Shown here piece after piece: positions 63,336-64,000 of a DNA stretch of 64,000 nucleotides. The notes below the pieces were generated by a model that saw nothing but the letters and a program-made list of their open reading frames with translations, had not been told where the DNA came from and did no database searches. The position numbers and the translations under genes were made by a program. The DNA is from Dehalococcoidia bacterium (GTDB lineage Bacteria; Chloroflexota; Dehalococcoidia; Bin125). Numbering within the stretch: position 1 is the first letter of the stretch; every line of letters begins with the position of its first letter. The stretch is taken from contig CAXXSR010000001.1 in NCBI GenBank assembly GCA_963662615.2, positions 1,568,001-1,632,000 of the forward strand. Direction: 5' to 3'.

Positions 63336-64000
63336 CTAACGAAAGTGCGGCATCACGGTTTCCGCGAAAAGCCGTGCCGGCTCGACGGTGTCGCGCCCGA
63401 AGAACTCGATCATCAGCATCGTGCAGCCCAGGTCGAGGTGGCGGCGAATTCGGTCGCGCACCTGCTCCGGGGTCCCGGTAATCGCGAGCGGCCCGGCGGG
63501 ATCGCCCAGATGGCCGGCGAAGAGGCGTTGGGCTTTATCGACCATGGGGCCCAGCGAGTCGGCGTCGGGCGCGATCGTCACGAGGCACTGCTGAGAGATC
63601 GTGATGGCGGCGGGATCGCGACCGAGGGCGTCGCAATGCTGACGGAGGACGTGAATCTTGTGCTCCAGCGCGGTCTGGTGAACAGCAGGATTGTTCCAGA
63701 TGTCGGCGTATTCCGCGGCGATCCGGAGCGTGCGCCGCTCGCCGGCGCCGCCGATGAGCAGGGGCAGACGGCGTTGGGGCTTGGGCTGGCAGACCAACTC
63801 ATCCACCTGGAAGTAGGTGCCCTGGAACGTGACTGCTTCCAGCTCCGGGTCCCACATCTGCGTGAGCAGTTGGACGCCTTCCCGCAGCTGCCCCAGGCGC
63901 TCAACGGCGCTGAGAAACGGCACCCCAAAATCGGAGAACTCGCGCGCCATCCAGCCCGCGCCGAGGCCGGGAATGATGCGACGGCCGCTGATGTTGTCGA
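63336..64000 (-). CDS. LLM-class (probably F420-dependent) oxidoreductase, 5'-partial
   Basis: D.ISGRRIIPGLGAGW, LLIGGAGERRTLRIAAEYADIWN, GTPEQV. Confidence 0.85.
   Translation of the reverse strand, partial: DNISGRRIIPGLGAGWMAREFSDFGVPFLSAVERLGQLREGVQLLTQMWDPELEAVTFQGTYFQVDELVCQPKPQRRLPLLIGGAGERRTLRIAAEYADIWNNPAVHQTALEHKIHVLRQHCDALGRDPAAITISQQCLVTIAPDADSLGPMVDKAQRLFAGHLGDPAGPLAITGTPEQVRDRIRRHLDLGCTMLMIEFFGRDTVEPARLFAETVMPHFR

Overview
High-GC (roughly 68-70% by eye) bacterial chromosomal window. The gene content (LLM/F420 oxidoreductases, TcuA, CoA-transferase III, amidohydrolase, NIL protein, class F sortase) suggests Chloroflexota/Dehalococcoidia, but this is inference. The first 13 kb is a cell-surface cluster: a beta-propeller lipoprotein, a class F sortase and three secreted protease-like proteins sharing a tandem 'GWNLVGW...WD...F...P.FLN...GD.VW' module. 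One of the three is broken by stops and a frameshift. Another is split by a 2.37-kb IS1595-family element (8-bp TSD GATTAATT, imperfect ~25-bp IRs) carrying a VapB45/VapC45-like toxin-antitoxin pair. The rest is housekeeping and catabolic: thrC, AddAB-type helicase/nuclease, Lhr, Ogt, acyl-CoA enzymes, arginase and others. The most notable regulatory find is a clear c-di-AMP (ydaO/yuaA) riboswitch directly upstream of a stand-alone KamA-family radical-SAM aminomutase, which suggests osmotically controlled beta-amino-acid synthesis. Several unassigned structured intergenic RNA candidates and tandem repeats are present. Single-base indels in G-runs and a 241-bp tandem duplication indicate possible long-read or assembly errors, so pseudogene calls need read-level checking.
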